Positions 38,750 through 48,126 of a DNA stretch of 64,000 bases are shown here, one piece after another. The stretch is taken from contig JBAZYY010000005.1 in assembly GCA_041659065.1 (NCBI GenBank), forward strand, positions 974-64,973, in the 5' to 3' direction. The notes below the pieces were generated by a model. The model was not told the DNA's origin and made no database searches. It worked only from the letters and a program-made list of their open reading frames with translations. The position numbers and the translations under genes were made by a program. This stretch comes from Parcubacteria group bacterium. GTDB lineage: Bacteria > Patescibacteriota > Minisyncoccia > Moranbacterales > UBA11712. Position 1 is the stretch's first letter. The number at the start of each line of letters is the position of its first letter.

Positions 38750-39432
38750 TTACTATGGAAACAAATGAAAAAGTGGAGACAAGCAATCTTCAGAAGGTAT
38801 CGTTCGAACAAATAGAAAAAGCTTTTATGGAATTCAAGGAAAAAGCTAACAATCCATACTATGTGGCTATTTTCGGAAAAACATTTTTGGATGAAACTAC
38901 TGATGAATATAAACTTACCAAAGAAGTCGCGCGAAAAGTGATTGAAAATGATCTGGGAGTTATTCACGGCGCCTATACCGGTGTTATGAAAGCCGCCAGC
39001 CAAGGAGCTGATGCGGCGATTCAAAAATCCAATAAAAGCGAGTATCTAAATATTGGAGTACCGATGAAAACTTTTGACGAAGAATTGCCAAAGGCGTCAA
39101 GGATTAATTTGCCGGCCGCTGAAACAATCGGGGATAGAAAGAAAGCTCTGATTGAGTTTTGCGATGTCTGCGTCGTTATGCCTTCTGGCGGTTTTGGGAC
39201 AATGCTGGAATCATTGGAGATTTTCCATATGAACCAATTAGCTGAAAAGTTTGGAGGAAAAGTACGGCCGCTGATTTTTGTTGGCGAGAGATGGAATATA
39301 ATATTCAAGGCACTATATGATAATTTGGATATGAACAAACAAAAGACTGGAGAAAGTTTTTGTCATTTTATCAAAAATATCGAGCAATTGGAGTTGATAT
39401 TAAACGAAATAGAACTAAAAAAGGAAATATGA
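38746..39432 (+). CDS. LOG/SLOG family protein (putative nucleotide phosphoribohydrolase)
   Basis: VAIFG..GAYTGVMKAASQGA..RKKAL..MPSGGFGTMLE; 4-bp overlaps on both sides. Confidence 0.85.
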   Translation: MITMETNEKVETSNLQKVSFEQIEKAFMEFKEKANNPYYVAIFGKTFLDETTDEYKLTKEVARKVIENDLGVIHGAYTGVMKAASQGADAAIQKSNKSEYLNIGVPMKTFDEELPKASRINLPAAETIGDRKKALIEFCDVCVVMPSGGFGTMLESLEIFHMNQLAEKFGGKVRPLIFVGERWNIIFKALYDNLDMNKQKTGESFCHFIKNIEQLELILNEIELKKEI

Positions 39433-40151
39433 AAAACCAATGGGGGGAAATAGCAAAAAAGGAGAAGGAGATTCAGGATGTTAAAAATAAAATCCTGAAT
39501 GATAAACTTCTCAAGCTGATTTCGAAATATTCTAGGAAAAGAGGAAAAGTTCTTGACTATGGTTGCGGATGGGGTGAGTTTGCGGATATTTTAAGCCAGA
39601 AGGATTTCACGGTATCAGCGTACGATGACGCCGAGGAAATGGTTGCACGTGCGAAAGAAAAATTTGAAAAACCGAAATTTTATACCAAGAAAAAATTTCA
39701 CAAAAATATTCATAGCTTGAAAAGCAAGTTTGATTTAGTTGTTTCCAATCTTGTACTATGTATACTAAAAAAACCGCAACAGGATGTTTTATTGAAAAAT
39801 GTCAAAATGTTATTAAAAAAAGACGGTACAATAATCGTCAGTTTCTGCCATCCATGCTTTGATTATATTACCGAGAGCGTGCTGGCAAGAAGGATTAGAC
39901 CCTATACATACAATCCAAAATACGAAAAAGAATTTAAGTACAGAAAGATAATTCATGAAAACAGAATTCAATTCAACGACTATCATCGCCCACTAGAATA
40001 TTACACATCGTTATTTAATGAGCATAACCTGGAAATAATAGATATTGCCGAGAGTGATGTTATAAAATCCGAATTTTATCCTGATTTTATTATATTTGTA
40101 CTGAAAAATAGAAAAGCCGCAAAATCGACAAAACAAATACTAATATCTTGA
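39429..40151 (+). CDS. Class I SAM-dependent methyltransferase
   Basis: VLDYGCGWG, FDLVVSNLVL, LKKDG..SFCHP, YHRPLEYY; ATG 39429 overlaps the LOG stop. Confidence 0.9.
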   Translation: MKNQWGEIAKKEKEIQDVKNKILNDKLLKLISKYSRKRGKVLDYGCGWGEFADILSQKDFTVSAYDDAEEMVARAKEKFEKPKFYTKKKFHKNIHSLKSKFDLVVSNLVLCILKKPQQDVLLKNVKMLLKKDGTIIVSFCHPCFDYITESVLARRIRPYTYNPKYEKEFKYRKIIHENRIQFNDYHRPLEYYTSLFNEHNLEIIDIAESDVIKSEFYPDFIIFVLKNRKAAKSTKQILIS

Positions 40152-40243
40152 TGTATGCAATATTATTGCTGCTCAAAAAAAGATTTATGAAATATTTTTT
40201 TATCTTATTGCCGGCCATCTAGCCTGCTAATGCCGTGAGCAAA

Positions 40244-40966
40244 TTACCTTATTCCATTCCAGCACATTTTGAAGATCATTCTCATCGCTGAAGAAATGGG
40301 CTCTGATTCCATAATGACAGCCATCTTGTCTCGCACTGAAAATAAAGCGACTCGATTGGCATAAACATTAATTTCAATTTTAAAAGGATATTCTTCGGCA
40401 TCTATGACTTTTAATTTTCTTAACTGATGGCTGGCACTTTTAATGAAGGCCTGTGCTTCCTTGTCTCCGGTCATAATTAATGTTTCCAAGATTTTTTTTC
40501 GTTGCCTCTTGGCCACATACCGCTCAACTTCTTTCCAGTTGAACATTTTCAAAACTTCGCCCGATGCCCAGCCAGTCACTTCCATATTGGGATAATTCAA
40601 AATATCTTCATAGGCCTCCAAAATTCCTGCTTTGCCGTGATAAAACCATACCTTCGGCTTAAGTTCACTGACATTGTTAATAGAAATCAAATCGGGAAGT
40701 ATTTGGTCAATGAGTGATTCTTTTTTTCTTATCAGCTCCTTTAGATCGTGAGGATCTATTGCTACATAATGCCTTCTCTTGCCTTTTGTGGTCACTCGCA
40801 TATAGCCCAAATCGACCATTTCGTTGATATTTTCATATACCGTTGTTCTCTTAATGCTGGTTTTCCGAGATATTTCGACAATGGTTGTTTCCCCGAGCTC
40901 AAGAGCTGCCAGATATATTCTGGCTTTTTTATCTTCTAAGCCTATTTTTTTGAGTGTTTCGAGTAT
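40244..40966 (-). CDS. TrmB-family regulator with apparent non-canonical ATA start
   Basis: Frame extends 49 codons above ATG 40819 through a full HTH (ILETLKKIGLEDKKARIYLAALELG..IKRTTVYE); AGGAG lies 6 nt before ATA; in-frame TAG just upstream. Confidence 0.8.
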   Translation of the reverse strand: MLETLKKIGLEDKKARIYLAALELGETTIVEISRKTSIKRTTVYENINEMVDLGYMRVTTKGKRRHYVAIDPHDLKELIRKKESLIDQILPDLISINNVSELKPKVWFYHGKAGILEAYEDILNYPNMEVTGWASGEVLKMFNWKEVERYVAKRQRKKILETLIMTGDKEAQAFIKSASHQLRKLKVIDAEEYPFKIEINVYANRVALFSVRDKMAVIMESEPISSAMRMIFKMCWNGIR

Positions 40967-41088
40967 AATTTTCTCCTAAATGTCGCTTTTTTCGACGATA
41001 TTATTATAATATTATTCTTTAATACTTTAGTCAAATACAGCTAAAAAAAGCCAATATTTTATTACCATGCAAATAATCTTCCTATTAT

Positions 41089-41116
41089 TTGACGTTTTTT
41101 ACGAAAAAGCTATAAT
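41089..41116 (+). promoter_or_regulatory. Sigma70 promoter
   Basis: TTGACG-16 nt-TATAAT. Confidence 0.65.
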
Positions 41117-41217
41117 GGTGAGTCATTTCGATTCAAGAAATGGCGCGAACCTTACCAACTAATTCATCAAATCAGACTTTAATAGGATCACTCAAGACCG
41201 CCAAAGGAGATATCGCT

Positions 41218-42807
41218 ATGTTTACGAGAGTCGCCCTGATTCAACCCGTTGTCCCTGCCGGAAAATCTTTGGGAGTTCACAAATCTCCGGAGTCAATCCA
41301 GGCTTTGGCCGGTCAGCTGCAAAAACTGGGCTGCGAGGTCAAAATGTTTCATGCGACCGATAGCAACACTCTCTACTCGGCTATCCACGGATTCATGCCA
41401 CGGGTTGTTTGTATTTCAACCATGACGGCTAATTTTCCCGAAGGCCGCAAAATTGCCCAGGCTATCAAAAATTCCAAGCGCGGCCGCTATATTAAAATTA
41501 TTTTGGGCGGCTGGCATGCCTCCGGGTGCGTGAAAGCTTACGAGTCTGGTCAGGAAAAAGAAAGTCTCGAGGAAATCCTCAATCCTAGTTCTCCGTTTGA
41601 CTATGTTGTCGCCGGTGAGGGAGAAAAAGTGCTGCCAAAGCTAATCAAGGCTATCCAGAATAATTCTGGGATTATGTCACTCAAAGGAGTGAGCAATTTT
41701 AGCGGTGGATCTATCCAACTTGGCGGCTTTGCTCCAAGAGTAAAGGATCTTAGCCAGCTGGCACAGCCGTCGTGGGATGAATTGAACGTTAACCAATACC
41801 GGGATAAAAGGAATGACGCGCTTGATTTGAGTGTTCACTTTAATCGCGGCTGCCGGTTCAACTGTTCTTTCTGCGCAACAGCCTCGATTTATGGCCACGG
41901 CGTCCGGACTACTCCAGCTCAACAGGCGTTCGAGTATATCGAATTCCTGGCGCAAAAATTCCAACCGCAAGTAATCACTTTCACGGATGAAGATTTCTTT
42001 GCCAATCTTCCCTGGGTGAAACAACTGGTGCGATTGCTGCAACAGGCGGACTTTCATCACAAGTATGGGATTTTCTTTGACACCTTTGCCAGCATCGTCG
42101 ATCTGAATCGTTTGTTTAGGCATAACCAGATGCAATTGCTTCGTCAAATGAAATCAGTCGGATTCAATTCCTTCACGATTGGAATAGAATCCTTATGTAT
42201 CCCCATATTGAAAAAGTACAATAAGGAACAGATGATCCTGTCGACCATGCTTCCAGGGCAAAAGAAACTTTACAAAGAGAGGAAAGAGTCCGCTCTCGAC
42301 GGGCTAAGGCTCTATAGACACAACTTTTCAACTGTTCAACGTGCCGTAAATTTCGCCCACGGGCTCGGATTTCTGGTAGTGGGTGACTATATTCTTGGCA
42401 ACTTGGAGGAATCCGCCACTGATGTGGTGTTTAGCTTCCGGCTTTTGGAGAAAATCCGGAATCTGATGATGGCTTATCTGCCAGTCTACACGCCCTTTCC
42501 GGGAACCGCGCTTTGGCCCGAAGCTTACACTTCCGGCTGGCTGGCCCGAAAGTCTGATGGGAGAATCGATTGGGAAAAATTTGACGCCAATGGCGGCGCC
42601 TTGAATCTTGGCTACGACATCGCCTCGCTGCGCAATCAGCTGGAAATCGAGTTTTACACTTCCAAGCGCTATGCCGATGACATGCTAGCAATGATCGAGC
42701 AGGATTCTCGGCGGAAAAAGTTCTTTCTCAATCGGTTCAATTACCTCGATCGGATTTATCCTGGCGACCCGCAAATAATCCAACGACTCGCGTATTTACG
42801 AGGCTAA
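41218..42807 (+). CDS. B12-binding-domain radical SAM protein
   Basis: IILGGWHAS, VVAGEGE, RGCRFNCSFC, FTDEDF, GIES, YTPFPGTALW; SD AAGGAG before ATG 41218. Confidence 0.9.
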   Translation: MFTRVALIQPVVPAGKSLGVHKSPESIQALAGQLQKLGCEVKMFHATDSNTLYSAIHGFMPRVVCISTMTANFPEGRKIAQAIKNSKRGRYIKIILGGWHASGCVKAYESGQEKESLEEILNPSSPFDYVVAGEGEKVLPKLIKAIQNNSGIMSLKGVSNFSGGSIQLGGFAPRVKDLSQLAQPSWDELNVNQYRDKRNDALDLSVHFNRGCRFNCSFCATASIYGHGVRTTPAQQAFEYIEFLAQKFQPQVITFTDEDFFANLPWVKQLVRLLQQADFHHKYGIFFDTFASIVDLNRLFRHNQMQLLRQMKSVGFNSFTIGIESLCIPILKKYNKEQMILSTMLPGQKKLYKERKESALDGLRLYRHNFSTVQRAVNFAHGLGFLVVGDYILGNLEESATDVVFSFRLLEKIRNLMMAYLPVYTPFPGTALWPEAYTSGWLARKSDGRIDWEKFDANGGALNLGYDIASLRNQLEIEFYTSKRYADDMLAMIEQDSRRKKFFLNRFNYLDRIYPGDPQIIQRLAYLRG

Positions 42808-42833
42808 CGGCACCCTCATGATTATTCATTACC

Positions 42834-42871
42834 AACCTCCCCCGGTGACAGCACTCATCGGGGGTTTCTTT
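42834..42871 (+). terminator. Probable intrinsic terminator
   Basis: CCCCCGGTGA..TCATCGGGGG-TTTCTTT. Confidence 0.65.
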
Positions 42872-42926
42872 ATAAAAAAACCGCGCAAGCGATACCTTAA
42901 TTTTTCACTTTAAACTTTTAACTTCT

Positions 42927-45638
42927 TCAGATTTCGCCCCAATTGTCACCGACTTTGATATTGGCCGCGAGAGGGACGGAAAGCTGATAGACATTTTCCA
43001 TCAATTCCTTAACGTCTTTCGCGAAGGCATCCGCCTCTTTCTCGGGGACTTCGAAAAGAAGTTCATCGTGAATTTGAAGAACCATTTTCGCTTTTGGATA
43101 TTTTTCCACGATAAATTTATCAACTTCAATCATGGCCAGTTTGATAATATCTGCCGCAAGTCCCTGGATGGGCATATTAACCGCCATGCGCTCAGCCTGA
43201 TTGCGCAACTGGATATTGGAAGAATTTATTTCCGGGATATAGCGCCTTCTGCCAAGTTCCGTTTCTACATATCCTTTTTCACGAACTAAGATTTTCACTT
43301 CATCCAAAAACTGCGCGACCTGTGGATAATTCTCGAAATATTTTCGGATAAATTGTTTAGCCTCTTCCTGGGCGACTCCCGCACTCTGCGCAAACCCAAA
43401 CGTGCTCATGCCATAAATTATCCCAAAATTCAAAGCTTTAGCCGCGCTACGCATCTTCCCGGTCACTTTATCAAGCGGCACCTTATTGACCCGAGCGGCT
43501 GTCGCGGTATGGATGTCCTCGCCGTTAAGAAACGTGGTAATCATCTTCACGTCTCCGGAGAGATGCGCTGCAATACGCAGCTCAACCTGTGAATAATCAG
43601 CCCCGACCAGGCGAAAACCTTCCTCCGCCTCAAAAGCCGTCCGGATCACTTGGCCCAATTCGGTCCGAATGGGAATATTTTGAAGATTCGGATCGGATGA
43701 AGACAACCTACCGGTCGCAGTAATGGCTTGGTTGAATGTCGTGTGGAGCCGCGATTTATCGTCCGTTAATTCCGGGAGAGTATCAAGATAAGTTGTCTTT
43801 AGTTTGAAGAGCTCCCTGTATTCTTCAACCTTTTCAATTATCGGATGGTGAGATCTTATTTTTTCGAGCTCCGAAGAGGCAGTCGAAAGGCCGGTTTTCC
43901 CCTTTTTTACCTCTCCCGACGGAATCTTCAGCTTTTCAAATAATATTTCACGCAGTTGAACCGACGAATTTACGTTGAATTTTTTGCCAGCCAATTTTTG
44001 GATGTTCTTTTCGAGCGTGGTAATACGGCCGTTGAGTTTTTCGGAAATTCCCCGAAGCACGATTTTATTAATCTTGATCCCGTCCTGCTCCATGCCGGAT
44101 AGAATGCGGATGAGTGGAATCTCAATATCCCAAAAAACATTGCGGAGAGTTGACTTTTTGCCTTGCTGGAACTGATCCTTGCTAATTTCTTCTATTTTAT
44201 CGTTGAGAATCTCCACAAGAGAAATGTTATGAGCCGCCTTTTCACAGATCGCTTTAAGATCTTTTTCGTCTTTTTCAAAAATCAAACTGCTTTGCCCGGA
44301 GGTTTTTTCCGCTTTCGCGGTCATGATCCCCAGATACTCCAGGGCCAGATTCTCCCACTCGACTTTGGTTCCCGGATTCAGCACATAAGCAGCGAGCATC
44401 AAGTCGAAGTCGAGTCCTCTCAAATCAATTCCTTGTGATTGCCAAAGCTTCCGCTCATACTTCAAATTAAAACCAATTTTCTTTATTTTCTCATCCTGGA
44501 GAACATCCTTCAGAAAAGACAGTTTCGTTTGAAATATTTTTTTAGAAATATAGAAAGCTTCCTGGGAAGCCGTTGAAAAAGCTATCCCTTTTATCCCGCC
44601 CTCTTCTCCGGCATCGGTGGCTATCGAGATGCTAATGCCTGGTTTAATCTTTTTTAAGACCGATTCGTAATTTTCCGGTTTTACCTCTCTGCAAAAAACT
44701 ATGTTATTCACCTTTGTTTTTTTTTCTTCACTCTCTAGATTATTCCCGCTCTTCGCAAAATCATCATAACCCGGAAGCCGCCGCAACAGGCTGAAAAATT
44801 CCAGCTCGCGAAAAAGATTAATCGCCTTCACTCGATCGAATTTTTCCCAGCCGGATTCTTCGAGATTTAGCTTGACTGGAACATCTTCAATCAAGATCGC
44901 AAGACGTTTGCTAAAATACGCTTGCACCTTGTCTTTCTCGAGCTTTTTGCGCACACCCTCTTTTATTTCCGGAAGATTCTTATAGATTTCTTCTATTGAT
45001 TTATATTTTTTGAGAAGTTCAATTGCTGTTTTTTCCCCCACGCCCTTTACACCCGGAAGATTGTCCGATGGATCGCCTCGTAGGCCTTTATAATCGTTCA
45101 TCTGCTCTGGCGAAAGCCCGTACCTTTCCATAATCGCTTTTTCATCATAGATAATCGTGTCGCTCATTCCTCGCCGCAGGGCATAAACTTTGGTCTTGTC
45201 ATTCACAAGTTGCAGCGTATCAAGATCGCCGGTGACAATGATGTTTTCCACTTCCGGATGCAATGTCTCGGATTGTTTCGCAAAAGTCGCGATGATATCA
45301 TCGGCTTCGTAGCCCTCTTTCTCAAAGATAGGGATATTGAGAGCCCCCAAAATCTCCTTTACTCTGGGAATTTGTTCATAGAGGTCGTCAGGCGCTTTCA
45401 CGCGAGTCGCTTTATAATCCTTGAATTCCTTGTGGCGAAAGGTCGGCTCTTTGAGATCGAAAGTTGCCACGATGTAGTCCGGTTTTAGTTTCGCAATCAC
45501 GTTTAATAGCACTGAGGTAAAACCATAAACCGCGTTCATGAGCTCGCCCTTTTTCGTCGTAAGGGGGGGCAGCGCGTGATAAGCGCGATGGACTATGGCA
45601 TTGGAGTCGATGAGAATTAGCTTTTTTTTGATTGGCAT
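42927..45638 (-). CDS. polA: DNA polymerase I
   Basis: 5'-3' exonuclease motifs (RAYHALP, EADDII, GDPSDNLPGV); TGRLSSSDPNLQNIP, ADYSQVELR, KALNFGIIYG, QIHDELL. Confidence 0.98.
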   Translation of the reverse strand: MPIKKKLILIDSNAIVHRAYHALPPLTTKKGELMNAVYGFTSVLLNVIAKLKPDYIVATFDLKEPTFRHKEFKDYKATRVKAPDDLYEQIPRVKEILGALNIPIFEKEGYEADDIIATFAKQSETLHPEVENIIVTGDLDTLQLVNDKTKVYALRRGMSDTIIYDEKAIMERYGLSPEQMNDYKGLRGDPSDNLPGVKGVGEKTAIELLKKYKSIEEIYKNLPEIKEGVRKKLEKDKVQAYFSKRLAILIEDVPVKLNLEESGWEKFDRVKAINLFRELEFFSLLRRLPGYDDFAKSGNNLESEEKKTKVNNIVFCREVKPENYESVLKKIKPGISISIATDAGEEGGIKGIAFSTASQEAFYISKKIFQTKLSFLKDVLQDEKIKKIGFNLKYERKLWQSQGIDLRGLDFDLMLAAYVLNPGTKVEWENLALEYLGIMTAKAEKTSGQSSLIFEKDEKDLKAICEKAAHNISLVEILNDKIEEISKDQFQQGKKSTLRNVFWDIEIPLIRILSGMEQDGIKINKIVLRGISEKLNGRITTLEKNIQKLAGKKFNVNSSVQLREILFEKLKIPSGEVKKGKTGLSTASSELEKIRSHHPIIEKVEEYRELFKLKTTYLDTLPELTDDKSRLHTTFNQAITATGRLSSSDPNLQNIPIRTELGQVIRTAFEAEEGFRLVGADYSQVELRIAAHLSGDVKMITTFLNGEDIHTATAARVNKVPLDKVTGKMRSAAKALNFGIIYGMSTFGFAQSAGVAQEEAKQFIRKYFENYPQVAQFLDEVKILVREKGYVETELGRRRYIPEINSSNIQLRNQAERMAVNMPIQGLAADIIKLAMIEVDKFIVEKYPKAKMVLQIHDELLFEVPEKEADAFAKDVKELMENVYQLSVPLAANIKVGDNWGEI

Positions 45639-45645
45639 CCAGTTG

Positions 45646-45744
45646 AGCTAAAAACTAAAATCGAAAAGCGAAAAACAACAGCTAAAAGGTAAAAGATTTT
45701 CGTTTTTAGTTTTTGCTTTTACATTTTAGATTTTCGCTTTTAGC
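45646..45744. repeat. Inverted pair of heptamer arrays; right half forms the tsaE C-terminal tail
   Basis: GCTAAAA ACTAAAA TCGAAAA GCGAAAA..mirrored by TTTTACA TTTTAGA TTTTCGC TTTTAGC. Confidence 0.8.
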
Positions 45745-46248
45745 TATTGAAATTTTGCGCGTATTTTCTTTATTGTACTCAAACTTCATCCACACTGCAT
45801 CTTTTGGAACGATAGATCTGATTCTTTCCGCCCATTCGGCAATCACAATATTATTTCTGCCGGCAATAATTTCTTCCCATCCCAAATCCAAAATATCTTT
45901 CGCGCCGACTCGGTAGGCATCAATGTGATAAATATTTTGTATCTGGTATCTTGTATCTAGCATTTGGTATTTTTTTTGAAATTGGGATTTCGATATTTTG
46001 AATTTATTTGGAATTTGGGTTTTGGAATTTGTGATTTCTTTCTTGTAATGCTTCATTACAAGAAAGGTAGGGCTTGTATACGGACCTTTTGCGCCTAGTC
46101 CCTTTAATACGCCTTGAGCAAACGTCGTCTTCCCGCTCCCTAGTTCCCCTGAAAGACAAATGATCTCTCCGCCCCGAAGTTCCTGAGCCAGCATTTCACC
46201 AAGTTTTCCAGTCTGTGCGGCGTTTATTGTATCAAAAATTTTTTGCAT
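45706..46248 (-). CDS. tsaE: tRNA threonylcarbamoyladenosine biosynthesis ATPase TsaE
   Basis: LSGELGSGKTTF, SPTF, HIDAYR, AEWAE. Confidence 0.95.
   Translation of the reverse strand: MQKIFDTINAAQTGKLGEMLAQELRGGEIICLSGELGSGKTTFAQGVLKGLGAKGPYTSPTFLVMKHYKKEITNSKTQIPNKFKISKSQFQKKYQMLDTRYQIQNIYHIDAYRVGAKDILDLGWEEIIAGRNNIVIAEWAERIRSIVPKDAVWMKFEYNKENTRKISIAKSENLKCKSKN
45937..46037. repeat. Two heptamer arrays in frame within tsaE (~33 codons)
   Basis: TTGTATC/TGGTATC-type x5 and TTGGAAT/TTGGGTT-type x7-8; encodes ITNSKTQIPNKFKISKSQFQKKYQMLDTRYQIQN between SPTF and HIDAYR. Confidence 0.85.
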
Positions 46249-46263
46249 TTAACTTTAATAAAA

Positions 46264-46315
46264 TTTTGAGTTTTGAGTTGTAGCTTTAAGCTTTGCGTTT
46301 TGACTTTTAAGCTTG
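46264..46315. repeat. Heptamer array upstream of tsaE
   Basis: TTTTGAG TTTTGAG..TTTAAGC TTTGCGT TTTGACT TTTAAGC. Confidence 0.65.
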
Positions 46316-46345
46316 ATTTTATTGTCGCATAAATAAGATTTTTTG

Positions 46346-46388
46346 CAAAAGAAAAGCCGTTCACGCTGAAACATAAGCGCGAACGGCT
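46346..46388 (-). terminator. Probable intrinsic terminator
   Basis: AGCCGTTC(A)CGCT / AGCG(C)GAACGGCT with U tract on the minus strand. Confidence 0.7.
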
Positions 46389-46422
46389 GATTGCCCTAAT
46401 GCTTTTCTCCTAAACCGCTGCT

Positions 46423-46668
46423 TCAGCGACAGGGATTACAATAGGGGCAACGAACCGCAGGTGATGGCAAGTATCCTGTGACAGGGTTGCGCCAGACACG
46501 AAGGATAAGCCGATCGCACCCATCACAGTAATAATCCCTATAGTCACACGGCCTTGGCGCATAATAGCCATAGGGACGCCCATATTGATCCACCGGGATA
46601 GCTACACACCCCACCGTTAATCCCGCCAGTAATCCAACCGCTAAAAGAACCATACAAAATCGCGTCAT
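46423..46668 (-). CDS. Small putative lipoprotein with CxxC..CxxC motif
   Basis: Hydrophobic leader ending LTVG-C; CDGC and CPYC; SD GGAGG; own promoter and terminator. Confidence 0.65.
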   Translation of the reverse strand: MTRFCMVLLAVGLLAGLTVGCVAIPVDQYGRPYGYYAPRPCDYRDYYCDGCDRLILRVWRNPVTGYLPSPAVRCPYCNPCR

Positions 46669-46792
46669 CGAATTCCTCCCGGCCGCAGGCTTGATTACCC
46701 CGACCTAATCGTAATTTTTTTCGCCTAGTCTAGAATCTAGACATGTCAGTTGAGCCAAAATGGCTCTTTTTTCTTTTTCTTTTAAGCCTTTT

Positions 46793-46821
46793 ATAATAGC
46801 CATAAATGGACTATTTGTCAA
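46793..46821 (-). promoter_or_regulatory. Sigma70 promoter
   Basis: TTGACA-17 nt-TATTAT. Confidence 0.65.
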
Positions 46822-46936
46822 CCCTTAAACACCCCTTCGAAGATTATCCCCATTTTATCCCCAATTCGGATATCTAATAAAATAACAAATTTTGTTGACG
46901 TTAATCATCTCTTTTGATATGTTGATATACTGGCCT

Positions 46937-47007
46937 CACAAAACACGAAACATGTAGCACAGAAAGAATTAAAGGTGTGTTACATGCTATATGTTACATT
47001 GCTATAT
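46937..47007. repeat. Inverted pair of heptamer arrays
   Basis: CACAAAA CACGAAA CATGTAG CACAGAA..TGTGTTA CATGCTA TATGTTA. Confidence 0.65.
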
Positions 47008-48126
47008 ATGACCCTTTCCCCTAAAGAACAAATTAAAAACCAAGTTGAATCAGCCGAGGGCATTTTAATTCTCGTCGGTGAAAAAGCCGAGCGTGACGCG
47101 ACTGCAGCTGCCTGGGGAATGACCCATCTTCTTGAAAGTCTGGGAAAGAAAACTACGCTTTTGGAAAATTATTCAAATGGAAAAGATCTTGATTTTCTTA
47201 AAAAACCAAAGCACGTGGAAAAAGAGATTAAGGGCGCGCGTGATTTTGTCTTATCTTTTAATACGAAATATAACAAAATTATTGACTTCCGGACGGAAGA
47301 CAAGGACGGCAATTTTGAAATCTACATCACTCCCGAAAAAGAAGCTATCGATCCCAGGGATTTTTCTTTTATCCCGGCTAAATTCAAGTACGATCTTATT
47401 TTCATCCTAGGCTGTTCGGATCTTGAGAAGCTCGGAGATGTTAAAAATAAAAACAGCGACTTGTTTTTTGAGGTTCCCGTGGTAAATATCGACAACTCAA
47501 GCACTAACGAAAATTTCGGTCAGATTAATCTCATTGATATTACAGCACCCTCAGTTTCGGAAATCACCGCTGAACTCTCAAAATCTCTCTGGGAAAAATA
47601 TTTGGGCAAAGATATCGCGCAATGTTATCTGGCAGGCATTGTTTCGGCTACCTCCAATTTTCAGTCCCCAAAAACCGCGCCGCGCACTTTTCTCACCGCT
47701 TCCTGGCTCATCGAAAAAGGCGCCAACCAACACGAGATTATCAAACATCTCCTGAAAACCAATTCCTTTCCCTTTATGAAATTATGGGGACGAGTAATGG
47801 CCCGCCTCAATTGGGACGAAGACCTGAAGCTGGCTTGGTCGCTGGTTTCAATCGAGGACTTTGTACAGAGCCGGTCCAATCCGCAAGACCTCGCCTTAAT
47901 TCTGGAAAAAATTAAGGACAATTTCTCGCGCGGAAAGATTTTCGCCGTCTTGTATTCCGAAAAACTGGATCAAAGTATCGCGTTTGTCAGAAACGGCGAT
48001 TCCGAATCCCTGAAAAGCCTCCAAAAAAATCTAGGAGGAGAGATTAAAGGCGGAAACCTGGAAATTGTTTTTGATAAAAAAAATATCCTCGAAGCAGAGA
48101 AAGAACTGTTGGGGAAATTGAAATAG
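47008..48126 (+). CDS. DHH/NrnA-like phosphoesterase homolog with degenerate metal motifs
   Basis: VVNIDNSSTNENFGQINLID, LAGIVSATSNFQ..TAPRTF..LIEKGA, KLWGRVM; DHH position reads DNS. Confidence 0.8.
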   Translation: MTLSPKEQIKNQVESAEGILILVGEKAERDATAAAWGMTHLLESLGKKTTLLENYSNGKDLDFLKKPKHVEKEIKGARDFVLSFNTKYNKIIDFRTEDKDGNFEIYITPEKEAIDPRDFSFIPAKFKYDLIFILGCSDLEKLGDVKNKNSDLFFEVPVVNIDNSSTNENFGQINLIDITAPSVSEITAELSKSLWEKYLGKDIAQCYLAGIVSATSNFQSPKTAPRTFLTASWLIEKGANQHEIIKHLLKTNSFPFMKLWGRVMARLNWDEDLKLAWSLVSIEDFVQSRSNPQDLALILEKIKDNFSRGKIFAVLYSEKLDQSIAFVRNGDSESLKSLQKNLGGEIKGGNLEIVFDKKNILEAEKELLGKLK

